Positions 56,256-64,000 of a DNA stretch of 64,000 nucleotides are shown here, in pieces. The notes below the pieces were generated by a model. That model was not told where the DNA came from. It worked only from the letters and a program-made list of their open reading frames with translations, and did not search any database. This DNA comes from a virus. Taxonomy: Duplodnaviria; Caudoviricetes. A program made the translations under genes and the position numbers. Position 1 is the first letter of the stretch. Every line of letters begins with the position of its first letter. The stretch lies in the IMG/VR virus record IMGVR_UViG_2061766007_000959; one strand, given 5' to 3'.

Positions 56256-56528
56256 ATGGCACAATACATTGACAAAGCCGCTTTGGTGGCGGAGATAGAG
56301 AGAAGAATCAAAAGCATACTTGAATTGATACATCCAAATGGCTATGACGAAGCGGCATTGCAGTTATATAAAGGATTGTTGTCTTTCACCAACTCCCTTG
56401 AAGTGAAAGAACCAACCGCTTCCGATAGAGGGATTGCGGAAGAAATCATCACGAACCTAAAGCGTGTTGAGCAGGACTATCACATCGACCTTACAAGAGA
56501 AATGGAATGGATAAGGAATAAAGTATAA
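56256..56528 (+). CDS. hypothetical protein (paralogue of 35186)
   Basis: IDKAALVAEI. Confidence 0.7.
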   Translation: MAQYIDKAALVAEIERRIKSILELIHPNGYDEAALQLYKGLLSFTNSLEVKEPTASDRGIAEEIITNLKRVEQDYHIDLTREMEWIRNKV

Positions 56529-56540
56529 AAAAATAGGACT

Positions 56541-56804
56541 ATGGAACACGTATCAAACAAAGGTAAAGCAAAGGAGATTTGCGGTTGTGGTAATTGTTAT
56601 TACAATTTGGAAGGAATCGAATGCCTAAAGGATAATGGAATATTATGTTGTTTGAAACCTTGTTTAAAAGACACATTGCAAGCAATGCAATGGAAAGACG
56701 AACAGGAAATCGAGTTTTTGCAAAGTCTTATGTTCCAAGCGTCAACACAACAGGCATTGGGCATAATCATTAACAACCGAATAAAACTGTTGAAAGGGGA
56801 ATAG
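56541..56804 (+). CDS. hypothetical protein (paralogue of 55906, Cys-rich centre)
   Basis: Shared termini with 55906. Confidence 0.75.
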   Translation: MEHVSNKGKAKEICGCGNCYYNLEGIECLKDNGILCCLKPCLKDTLQAMQWKDEQEIEFLQSLMFQASTQQALGIIINNRIKLLKGE

Positions 56805-56807
56805 ACT

Positions 56808-56975
56808 ATGGAATTAAAGGGTTTAGTAAAAATGGAAGTAAGACCTATTAAGTGTCCTTTGCAAAAAACTACGTGCGCAGGTTGCATATATCACGTTGAC
56901 ACCTATGTTGAAAAGGGAAACGACGGGTTAACCGCAACAATATTGTGTGATTTCAATAATATGAAAGGGAAATGA
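56808..56975 (+). CDS. 55-aa Cys-rich hypothetical protein (not in ORF track)
   Basis: Fills the gap between conserved junctions. Confidence 0.55.
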   Translation: MELKGLVKMEVRPIKCPLQKTTCAGCIYHVDTYVEKGNDGLTATILCDFNNMKGK

Positions 56976-56978
56976 GTT

Positions 56979-57188
56979 ATGAAAACAAATGAAGCACCCG
57001 AAAAGATTTATGTGAAAATAATACACCCGTTTTCAGAGGAATATACCGAAATAATCGCCTTTGAAAATGGTAGTGGTATTGAGTACATCCGCACCGATGC
57101 CTTTATTGAAAAGGTTTGGGATTGGCTCACTAATCAAAAGGGCGAACACACCAAAGAAGATTTTATTAAAGCAATGAAAGGAGAATGA
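56979..57188 (+). CDS. hypothetical protein
   Basis: APEKIY...EYIRTDAFIEK; ends KGE. Confidence 0.7.
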   Translation: MKTNEAPEKIYVKIIHPFSEEYTEIIAFENGSGIEYIRTDAFIEKVWDWLTNQKGEHTKEDFIKAMKGE

Positions 57189-57191
57189 GAT

Positions 57192-57449
57192 ATGAAAAAT
57201 ACAGTTGTTTCTATAATACTTATATTTATTTGTATGTTTATAGCCATTTTTCTTTATTGCCGTCCGCAAAAAGATGTGGCAAGACGTGTAACATCTGATG
57301 ATTTTGCAGTTATCGAATATGATAGTTGCGAGTATGTTATTAGAAGTGCGGGGTATCAAGGATTTCTTGCACACAAAGGTAATTGCAAGTATTGTGCTGA
57401 AAGGCGCAAACAAGAACTACAGGAAGTTATAAAAGCAATGGAGGAATGA
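57192..57449 (+). CDS. membrane-anchored hypothetical protein
   Basis: TM helix; AHKGNCKYC. Confidence 0.7.
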   Translation: MKNTVVSIILIFICMFIAIFLYCRPQKDVARRVTSDDFAVIEYDSCEYVIRSAGYQGFLAHKGNCKYCAERRKQELQEVIKAMEE

Positions 57450-57649
57450 GACCTATGACAAAGTATAGAATAATAGAGATTGAGCGTTTTAAAGCCGATA
57501 AGATTTATATATCGCAAAAACGGCTATTTGGTTTCCTGTGGTGGTATAACTTTCTAAACAACCGTGTCTTTTTTACTCAAAAAGAAGCCGAAGAAGCAAT
57601 TGAGTTTGATATGTGGAAAGATAAGAAAAGAATTGTAAAAACTTACTAA
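57446..57649 (+). CDS. hypothetical protein
   Basis: KYRII..QKRLFGFLWW. Confidence 0.6.
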   Translation: MRPMTKYRIIEIERFKADKIYISQKRLFGFLWWYNFLNNRVFFTQKEAEEAIEFDMWKDKKRIVKTY

Positions 57650-57848
57650 ACTATGGAACTTGGCTTGTTGATGTCGAAATTGGAACGAATCCGAATGTCG
57701 GTCGGTGACGCGGCGGAGGTTCGTATTGTCAGTGACGATGACATGACGGATTGTGAGATATGTGACGTGGCTGTCGCAACCGATGATGATGAAAAACCGT
57801 ATGTCGCGGTGGTATTTAATTCGTGATTATAAATGGAGGGGAACATAT

Positions 57849-58094
57849 ATGGTCAAAAAGAAAAACGAAACCGTTGTCCGTTACTGTAGGGACTGTGCGT
57901 TGTCGAAACCCGACATGAAGTTCGAGAACCTGTCGTTGGACGGGAAACCCACGTTGTTGTCATGTCCGCATCAAGAATGGCGGATGGTGATAACGACGAC
58001 GGAAGTGTGTTCGCACTACACGGAAAAGAAACCCGTGATGGAAGATAACTTCGTTACAGAAAACAAATTGATGGACGATTGGATGAATTGGTGA
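57849..58094 (+). CDS. Cys-rich hypothetical protein
   Basis: CRDC...C...C. Confidence 0.6.
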   Translation: MVKKKNETVVRYCRDCALSKPDMKFENLSLDGKPTLLSCPHQEWRMVITTTEVCSHYTEKKPVMEDNFVTENKLMDDWMNW

Positions 58095-58129
58095 GTTATT
58101 TGTATATTTGTGATTGTAATTTTCTTCAT

Positions 58130-59624
58130 ATAATTGGTGTCAAGGAAACCACGAAATCTTTAGTTTCGTGGAGGAATTGACACAAGCCTTTTTTTTGTTT
58201 AACATATATTTTATGCAAAAAAAATGAAAAATTATAATATAATATGAATATTTTTAATTATATTTGCTATCTATAAGAAAGAAACGAATTTTACGATGTA
58301 TTTGACCACAAAAATAACACAAACTGAACACAATAGCGAGGTTGACTTGTCTATACTCGCACACTTGTGCTATCATTCAGCAAGGTTGTACAATGTTGGT
58401 CTATACTCCGTTAGACAACACTATTTCAATACACAAAAATACCTTCCTTATTACGAAAATTACAAAGAGTGCAAGGAGAATGAAAATTATAGCATCCTTC
58501 TTTCGGATTGTTCCCAACAAATACTACGTCTTGTAGATAGGGATATGCAGTCGTTCTTCAAACTTCTTACATTGAAGAAAAGCGGTAAGTATTCCGATAA
58601 GGTCAAACTTCCAAAATACAAGAAGGCAGACGAACTTGCTATCTGCACAATTCAAGGTAGGAGTTGCCGTATCCAAAAGGATGGTCGTGTGGCAATAGGT
58701 CTAACAAAGGAATTCCGTAAGAAGTACCAAATCAACGAAAGACGAATCCTATTCACAATCCCAAAGAATATTAGGTGCGTTTCCGAATTTAAAGAAATAA
58801 GGATAATACCGCAATTCAACGGAAAACAATTTTCAATAGAGTTTATCTACGAATCAAAGAAGGATTTAAAACAATCGGTAGGTGATGGCTATATGTCAAT
58901 AGACTTGGGATTAGACAACCTCGTTGCAAGTACAATCTTTTCTAATGGTGGCGTTCAGCAATTCTTGATTGATGGACGAAGACTGAAAAACATAAACCAC
59001 TATTACAATAAGAAAGTTGCAACGCTAAAGGGAGAATACGACAAGAAAGGTATAAGTCATAACACCAAACGAATGCTTCGTCTAATCAATGGTAGGTACA
59101 ACCGCATCAACGATTATTTCAACAAGTCCGTTCAGTTGATAATCAACAAGTGCATTGAAAACGGAGTTACCACATTGGTAATCGGATATAATAAGGAACA
59201 AAAACAAGAAATCAACATCGGTAAGGTTAACAACCAAAACTTTGTTATGATACCATTGCATAAGTTCCGACAAAAGTTGAAATACAAATGTGAGTTGCAC
59301 GGAATCAAATATTGTCCACAAGAAGAAAGTTACACATCTAAAGCAAGTTGTCTTGACGATGATAAAATTCCTACTTATGGCGAGAATGAGACTACGAAAT
59401 TCAGTGGAAAACGCATCCACAGAGGTTTGTACAAGTCTGCTGACGGAAAAGTTCTTAATGCGGACATAAATGGGAGTGTGAACATTCTCAAAAAATACCT
59501 AATTTCAAGTAAATCAAATGTTGTTTTTACAACAGATGATGTAAGAGTGCTTGTAAACGCACCTTGTAAAAGACTTTCAGTATTTTGCTAAAGCCCACGA
59601 ATCTTTAGTTCGTGGGCAGTTTAC
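58130..59624 (+). mobile_element. IS200/IS605-family element, tnpB only (IS1341-like)
   Basis: Left hairpin CCACGAAA-TCTTTAG-TTTCGTGG, right hairpin CCCACGAA-TCTTTAG-TTCGTGGG; guide/cleavage tetranucleotides fit the IS608 spacing. Confidence 0.9.
58296..59591 (+). CDS. tnpB: TnpB RNA-guided endonuclease
   Basis: LYN HTH, SIDLGLDN (RuvC-I), QEESYTSK, NADINGSVNIL (RuvC-III). Confidence 0.93.
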   Translation: MYLTTKITQTEHNSEVDLSILAHLCYHSARLYNVGLYSVRQHYFNTQKYLPYYENYKECKENENYSILLSDCSQQILRLVDRDMQSFFKLLTLKKSGKYSDKVKLPKYKKADELAICTIQGRSCRIQKDGRVAIGLTKEFRKKYQINERRILFTIPKNIRCVSEFKEIRIIPQFNGKQFSIEFIYESKKDLKQSVGDGYMSIDLGLDNLVASTIFSNGGVQQFLIDGRRLKNINHYYNKKVATLKGEYDKKGISHNTKRMLRLINGRYNRINDYFNKSVQLIINKCIENGVTTLVIGYNKEQKQEINIGKVNNQNFVMIPLHKFRQKLKYKCELHGIKYCPQEESYTSKASCLDDDKIPTYGENETTKFSGKRIHRGLYKSADGKVLNADINGSVNILKKYLISSKSNVVFTTDDVRVLVNAPCKRLSVFC

Positions 59625-59649
59625 TGTTAACACAACTATTATTTTCATG

Positions 59650-59688
59650 AACCGCCCAACGCTGTGATAGCAGTGGGGCGGTTTTTTG
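59650..59688 (+). terminator. intrinsic terminator
   Basis: AACCGCCC...GGGCGGTT plus T run. Confidence 0.7.
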
Positions 59689-59993
59689 ACGGCGGAACAA
59701 AACGCACCCGTGTTGGTGGATTCCGCCGTTTTTTGTGCCAGGTATTTGTATTTGACATTCAAACGGTTATATCCAAAACACCCCGAAACGTGACCCGATA
59801 TGTGCCGCCCTGTGTAAACTTGTATATAATGTGGTCGGGATTTCCTATGCAAATAAAAACGTGTTGATTCATAATAAAATACAATAAAATGTGATTTCCT
59901 ATGCAAATAAATATAATAATATGTTTGTTATATTAAAATAATTTATATATTTGCAACACCGTTACAATAGTGTGGCGGACGACTAAAAACATA

Positions 59994-60275
59994 AATGACA
60001 TGACAAGACCATCAAAGTATTTGGCGATGTACAACGGTCGGGCGATTCCGTTCGACGACATACGGGATTTCGCGGTAAACGAATTGGGGTTTGACGTTAT
60101 CCCGAAGGATGATAACGACGGTTGGAGAATAGTTATCAACGGGAAAACCATACCGACGACCTATTCGGACGAATGGACGCGGGACGAGGTTATTGAAGAC
60201 TTTTTGGAATCGATGTTACTCGTCCATGTGGAACAATATGTGTACGGTTTGTATTTTTACGAAGCGATGAAATGA
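59994..60275 (+). CDS. hypothetical protein
   Basis: Downstream of class A promoter at 59931. Confidence 0.65.
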   Translation, partial: NDMTRPSKYLAMYNGRAIPFDDIRDFAVNELGFDVIPKDDNDGWRIVINGKTIPTTYSDEWTRDEVIEDFLESMLLVHVEQYVYGLYFYEAMK

Positions 60276-60448
60276 TAACAAAATGGTATGAGGTAACGTG
60301 TGATTGTTGCGGCGTGGCGATAAACCATTACATCGAACAGAAACCCACGAAACAAATGTTGGTGGATGACGGTTGTGTCATCCGTAACGGAAAAATATTC
60401 TGCACGAAACAATGTTTTGAACGGTATTATAAAAACACAAAAAAATGA
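60272..60448 (+). CDS. 58-aa Zn-binding hypothetical protein (not in ORF track)
   Basis: CDCC...FCTKQC; ATGA overlaps at both ends. Confidence 0.65.
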   Translation: MITKWYEVTCDCCGVAINHYIEQKPTKQMLVDDGCVIRNGKIFCTKQCFERYYKNTKK

Positions 60449-60684
60449 ATAGAAACGAACAAATCAAACAGGCGGCTTTTAGTAGATTCTGTTTGAGTCA
60501 GTCGATAACATTCGGTTTACAGTGCGATTCTTTTGCGGAGGGTGCGAAATGGGCGGACGAACATATTTCCGCCGAAACATTCCGACATTGTATCGCGATG
60601 TTGAACAACACCTGTTTCGAGGACGGCACGGGTGTCGAAGATTCCGAAATCGAATACACAATCAAACAAAGGGGGTTGGTATGA
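60445..60684 (+). CDS. hypothetical protein, GAxWADEH family
   Basis: FAEGAKWADEH. Confidence 0.7.
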   Translation: MNRNEQIKQAAFSRFCLSQSITFGLQCDSFAEGAKWADEHISAETFRHCIAMLNNTCFEDGTGVEDSEIEYTIKQRGLV

Positions 60685-61094
60685 CACGCGAGGAAATGTT
60701 GAAACGACACATCGTGCGCGAATCGGAAATAAAACAGGCGGCGACCGCACACGCCGACGCGAAGGAAAAAGCGGCGGATTGTGGCACGGAATTTTCGACC
60801 CCTGAATTGGCGGACGCGTTCGCCAATGGTGCGAAATGGGCGGACGAACATCCGTATTGGCGACCCAATGTAGAACAGTTGGAAGTGCTGATGCGGGTCA
60901 TTCTTGAGGAACGCGGTGTTGACCCGCGACCCGAAGGCGCGAACCTGTATTTCGCGCGGACGCTCGAATCGTTGCACCAAGACATCATGCACCATTTCGT
61001 CAACCCTAAATTGACGGAACGGAAGATAATCGAAACGGTCGGTTCGGCGCGTGCGGACGATGACGACGATTTTTACGAAACGTTACACACGTAA
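60681..61094 (+). CDS. hypothetical protein, GAxWADEH family
   Basis: FANGAKWADEHPYWRP. Confidence 0.7.
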   Translation: MTREEMLKRHIVRESEIKQAATAHADAKEKAADCGTEFSTPELADAFANGAKWADEHPYWRPNVEQLEVLMRVILEERGVDPRPEGANLYFARTLESLHQDIMHHFVNPKLTERKIIETVGSARADDDDDFYETLHT

Positions 61095-61114
61095 ACGGAA
61101 GGGACGGTATAAAA

Positions 61115-61312
61115 ATGAAACACGATTTGAACATTAACAACGTGACGGTTTCACGGTGTGAAACGGTTGATGGGAACGGGGATATTACGGTGGACGCGAC
61201 GGTTCACGTTTATCTCGACCCCGTGATTCCGAAACAGGGTTCATGGACGGGTTTGTTCACGGCGGAATTTGAAAACGGTGAATGTGTAACCATTAAAAAT
61301 TTTAAATCATGA
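61115..61312 (+). CDS. hypothetical protein
   Basis: Packed small ORF. Confidence 0.55.
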   Translation: MKHDLNINNVTVSRCETVDGNGDITVDATVHVYLDPVIPKQGSWTGLFTAEFENGECVTIKNFKS

Positions 61313-61596
61313 TAAAATTGGAAAAACAAGACATTGTGTATTTGCTTAACAGTATTGTCGAATATGACGACACGGTTTTGATTATTTATCAGAAACCCGT
61401 GAACGTGAACGGTGTGTTGGCACATTCGAGCAGGTGTTCCTACGATTACGACAAGGAAAAATACTGCATAGTGTGGTATGACGGCGGTGTGAACGAAATA
61501 TGTACGGATTACTACATATTCGATGACGCGGCGTTGGTGTTGTCAGACGATATTGACGAATCCGAAAACGCCGTGTACGCGATAGAATACGAATAA
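61309..61596 (+). CDS. hypothetical protein
   Basis: ATGA overlap. Confidence 0.6.
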   Translation: MIKLEKQDIVYLLNSIVEYDDTVLIIYQKPVNVNGVLAHSSRCSYDYDKEKYCIVWYDGGVNEICTDYYIFDDAALVLSDDIDESENAVYAIEYE

Positions 61597-61609
61597 AAAA
61601 ACGGGAATT

Positions 61610-61960
61610 ATGAAACAAAGTGAAGTATTCAAAATCAAACAACAGGGTATCGGTTACAACCGAAACCGTGTTGACGTGTGGGTTGACGATTACGGAATCG
61701 ACGCGGTGTCTTGGATGTTGGCAAACGGGTATTTGAAACATTCTAAAAAACATTACCGTGGGGAAAATCCGACACATGTTTATTACGAATTTACGTTCAA
61801 GGGTGTATGGTTGCACCGTTGGCATGAATGTTCGGTGTGGGATTTTTTCTATTATTACGTGTTTCATTTGTGTTACGTGCGGTATTGGTTTCGTCGGTTG
61901 GCGGATTGGTTCGGACGGAAACACAACGAATACGACGGTGTTGACCTCGATTTGATTTGA
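61610..61960 (+). CDS. hypothetical protein
   Basis: Packed ORF. Confidence 0.6.
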   Translation: MKQSEVFKIKQQGIGYNRNRVDVWVDDYGIDAVSWMLANGYLKHSKKHYRGENPTHVYYEFTFKGVWLHRWHECSVWDFFYYYVFHLCYVRYWFRRLADWFGRKHNEYDGVDLDLI

Positions 61961-61961
61961 A

Positions 61962-62207
61962 ATGGAATTGGTGAAACGCAAACGGGAATACCCCGTGGAC
62001 GGTGTGTTCAACATCGGGCGCGGGATGTACCAAGTCAGGGAAGCGGACGGACGGTATTACACAAAGTTCGATTCCGACGGAATACGCGAGTACGAATGTC
62101 GTTCGTGCTGTTTCCGAATGAACCGTGACCGTGGTTCGTGCGCGATGTTGGCGTGCCGCGCGTCGGAACGTTCGGACGGGCGCGAGGTCGTTTTCCAAAA
62201 AATTTGA
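61962..62207 (+). CDS. Cys-rich hypothetical protein
   Basis: CRSCCF...C...C..SERSDGREVVF. Confidence 0.7.
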   Translation: MELVKRKREYPVDGVFNIGRGMYQVREADGRYYTKFDSDGIREYECRSCCFRMNRDRGSCAMLACRASERSDGREVVFQKI

Positions 62208-62272
62208 AAACGGGTGTTGTATGTAACAAAAACATTATTACATTTACAACCGAATTTTAAAACGAATGAATT

Positions 62273-62560
62273 ATGGTTAATGAATTAACGAAACTGCATT
62301 TAACGAAAGACGACCTGAAGGTTTTGAAACATTTACGGTCAATCGACAATTTGTTCAAAAAGGGTGATTTAACCATATGGGGGTTGTTTGCGGACAACGG
62401 CACGATGAAGGTGTTGAAAACGGTCTATTCCGAGGATTACACGGTTGAAACGTTTTACGACATAACGTGTGACGGGGGCGACCCTGACAGTGGCGGGAGA
62501 CTTGGCATACGTTCGGATGATGAACTTGAAAATTTATATTTATATGAACAGGAGGGTTGA
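62273..62560 (+). CDS. hypothetical protein
   Basis: After class B motif; ITCDGGDPD. Confidence 0.7.
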   Translation: MVNELTKLHLTKDDLKVLKHLRSIDNLFKKGDLTIWGLFADNGTMKVLKTVYSEDYTVETFYDITCDGGDPDSGGRLGIRSDDELENLYLYEQEG

Positions 62561-62563
62561 ATC

Positions 62564-62824
62564 ATGCAATCAACAACAATGACGGGCGAAGCGCGTGATA
62601 TTTCGATACAATGTCCGACGGAATATGAAAACAAGGGTTACACGGACGAAGTGTACGTGCGGTTACAACGTTACAACGCCGCGATGTCGGCGATGGAGTG
62701 GATGGTTGGGCGTGTGACCGAATGGTTGAACGAGAACGCGACGTTCTACGCGCATTTCGACGATTTTTCCAAACTTGACGAAATGGTCGAGGATTTGAAA
62801 AACGACATCGAACGTGGGGAATGA
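62564..62824 (+). CDS. hypothetical protein
   Basis: Packed ORF. Confidence 0.65.
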   Translation: MQSTTMTGEARDISIQCPTEYENKGYTDEVYVRLQRYNAAMSAMEWMVGRVTEWLNENATFYAHFDDFSKLDEMVEDLKNDIERGE

Positions 62825-62840
62825 CTAAAAATGTACGGTC

Positions 62841-63161
62841 ATGGCAACGGACAGAAGGGCATATTACCGTGAATACAACAAAAAACACGGCGACCGACAC
62901 CGAAAGGGATATTACCACGAATACAACGCGGCTCACCCCGAACGGTTGAACCGTGGGTACACGAAAGGGTATGTGAACGGGAATGTGTCGGAGGGCAGAT
63001 TGGATAAAAAAGAGTGGTTAAACAAGACGTTGGGAGTATATGTTATCGGACACGATGAGTTCGGAATGCCGATAACGAACGATGCGATGACCAACCTGCT
63101 GATTGAAAAAGAGTGGCAGTGGCACGATGACGATTGGTGCGAAGGAATCGATGACGATTGA
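62841..63161 (+). CDS. hypothetical protein
   Basis: YYREYNKKH duplicated motif. Confidence 0.65.
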   Translation: MATDRRAYYREYNKKHGDRHRKGYYHEYNAAHPERLNRGYTKGYVNGNVSEGRLDKKEWLNKTLGVYVIGHDEFGMPITNDAMTNLLIEKEWQWHDDDWCEGIDDD

Positions 63162-63263
63162 AAATAATTTCAATATTGTGCATCACATAACAAAAACATT
63201 ATTACATTTACAACCGAATTTGAAATAGATAACTTTTTAATAAACATTTAAAAAACAATAACT

Positions 63264-63473
63264 ATGGCAGAGGGAAATCAAACAGTTCAAGGGGGAATTG
63301 GAATCTTTGAACTTCTTACGGTGGTGTTTATCGTGTTGAAACTGACGAAAGTGATTGATTGGTCTTGGTGGTGGGTGTTAGCACCAACCTGGGGTTCTGT
63401 GGTGTTGATTTTGTTGGTTGCGATTATTAGCGGAACAATTGAGTGGCGGAAATACAAAAAGTTCAACGAATAG
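63264..63473 (+). CDS. small membrane protein (LKLTxVIDWSWWWVLAP family)
   Basis: Widespread phage TM motif. Confidence 0.8.
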   Translation: MAEGNQTVQGGIGIFELLTVVFIVLKLTKVIDWSWWWVLAPTWGSVVLILLVAIISGTIEWRKYKKFNE

Positions 63474-63479
63474 GCGAAT

Positions 63480-63911
63480 ATGAAACAGGTGTTTGAAACG
63501 GGTGATTGGGTTGAAATCAACGGGAAACCCGAACAGATATGCGCGGTACACGAAAGGAGGGTGTCGTACCGTGTCGGTGGTGACAAAACGTCACACCCGA
63601 TTTGGGTGTTCAACAACGCCGTCAAACCGATACCCCTGACGGCGGAAGTGTTTTTCAACAACGGGTTCAAATGCACGGGTGTTCACGAGGTGAAGATGAA
63701 TGATATTGGTGTCATCGGGGTGGTTAAGGAACGGTTCATATACAAGGATGATGATTGTTATGTGACGGTGACACCAATCGGTGATTCTTGGAACGTGACA
63801 CATGTCCTGTATGATGCGTCACAACCGACGAACTCCGCGACGGTAAGAAACGTACACGAACTCCAACACGCGTTTGGTCTGTTCGGGGTTGATATTAAAA
63901 TACGGATGTAA
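63480..63911 (+). CDS. hypothetical protein
   Basis: GDWV..KPIPLT..VHELQH pattern. Confidence 0.75.
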   Translation: MKQVFETGDWVEINGKPEQICAVHERRVSYRVGGDKTSHPIWVFNNAVKPIPLTAEVFFNNGFKCTGVHEVKMNDIGVIGVVKERFIYKDDDCYVTVTPIGDSWNVTHVLYDASQPTNSATVRNVHELQHAFGLFGVDIKIRM

Positions 63912-63916
63912 TAACA

Positions 63917-64000
63917 ATGGAAACAATTAAAAATAACATGGATATGAAACAGGTGTTTAAAACAGGTGATGGGGTTAAAATCAACGAAAATTCCAAACAA
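63917..64000 (+). CDS. partial ORF, paralogue of 63480, runs off the window
   Basis: MKQVFKTGDGVKIN vs MKQVFETGDWVEIN. Confidence 0.6.
   Translation, partial: METIKNNMDMKQVFKTGDGVKINENSKQ

Noticed and set aside
58296-59591. Cas12f/type V CRISPR effector
   Set aside because: Flanked by IS200/IS605 end hairpins, with no array or adaptation genes.
1-64000. Stop-codon reassignment as in some gut phages
   Set aside because: Long genes are intact in the standard code and TAA, TAG and TGA all end tightly packed genes.
107-64000. Minus-strand and nested alternative-frame ORFs in the track (e.g. 4350-4694, 28952-29554, 55134-55790)
   Set aside because: They shadow well-supported + strand genes; scarcity of TAG/CTA lengthens spurious ORFs; no recognisable motifs.

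Overview
A 64-kb segment of a large contractile-tailed (myovirus-type) dsDNA phage, almost certainly infecting Bacteroidota: the TAnnTTTG -7 promoter element precedes most operons. All credible genes are on the + strand in the standard code. Layout: fibre-like repeat protein plus glycosyltransferase (0.6-3 kb); neck, sheath, tube and baseplate module with an amidase (4-24.5 kb); tRNA-Glu, a possible tRNA-like ncRNA, DnaB helicase and a very acidic scaffold-like protein (24.5-30 kb); small accessory ORFs (30-37 kb); stand-alone primase Zn finger and an intein-containing family A DNA polymerase (37-40 kb); a second fibre, BspA-type LRR and glycosyltransferase cassette (41-45.7 kb); XRE regulator and AT-rich putative origin (45.8-46.5 kb); ligase-like gene, antirepressors, split Rad50/SbcC and Mre11/SbcD (48-56 kb); more small ORFs and a complete IS1341-like tnpB element (58130-59624). 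No terminase, portal or major capsid gene is recognisable. Most notable: (1) the polymerase has lost all three proofreading aspartates and carries an atypical intein, and the ligase has lost its acidic catalytic residues; (2) a recurring [KR]-[VIL]-x-D motif in the scaffold-like protein and in short basic leaders of scattered small proteins suggests an Asp-specific head-maturation and cargo-loading system; (3) a GTAAY-N9-RTTAY palindrome overlaps eight promoters, including those of the replication genes and the XRE gene; (4) two separate fibre-plus-glycosyltransferase cassettes; (5) regional AG/CT dinucleotide depletion. All calls come from reading motifs by eye; no database searches were run.
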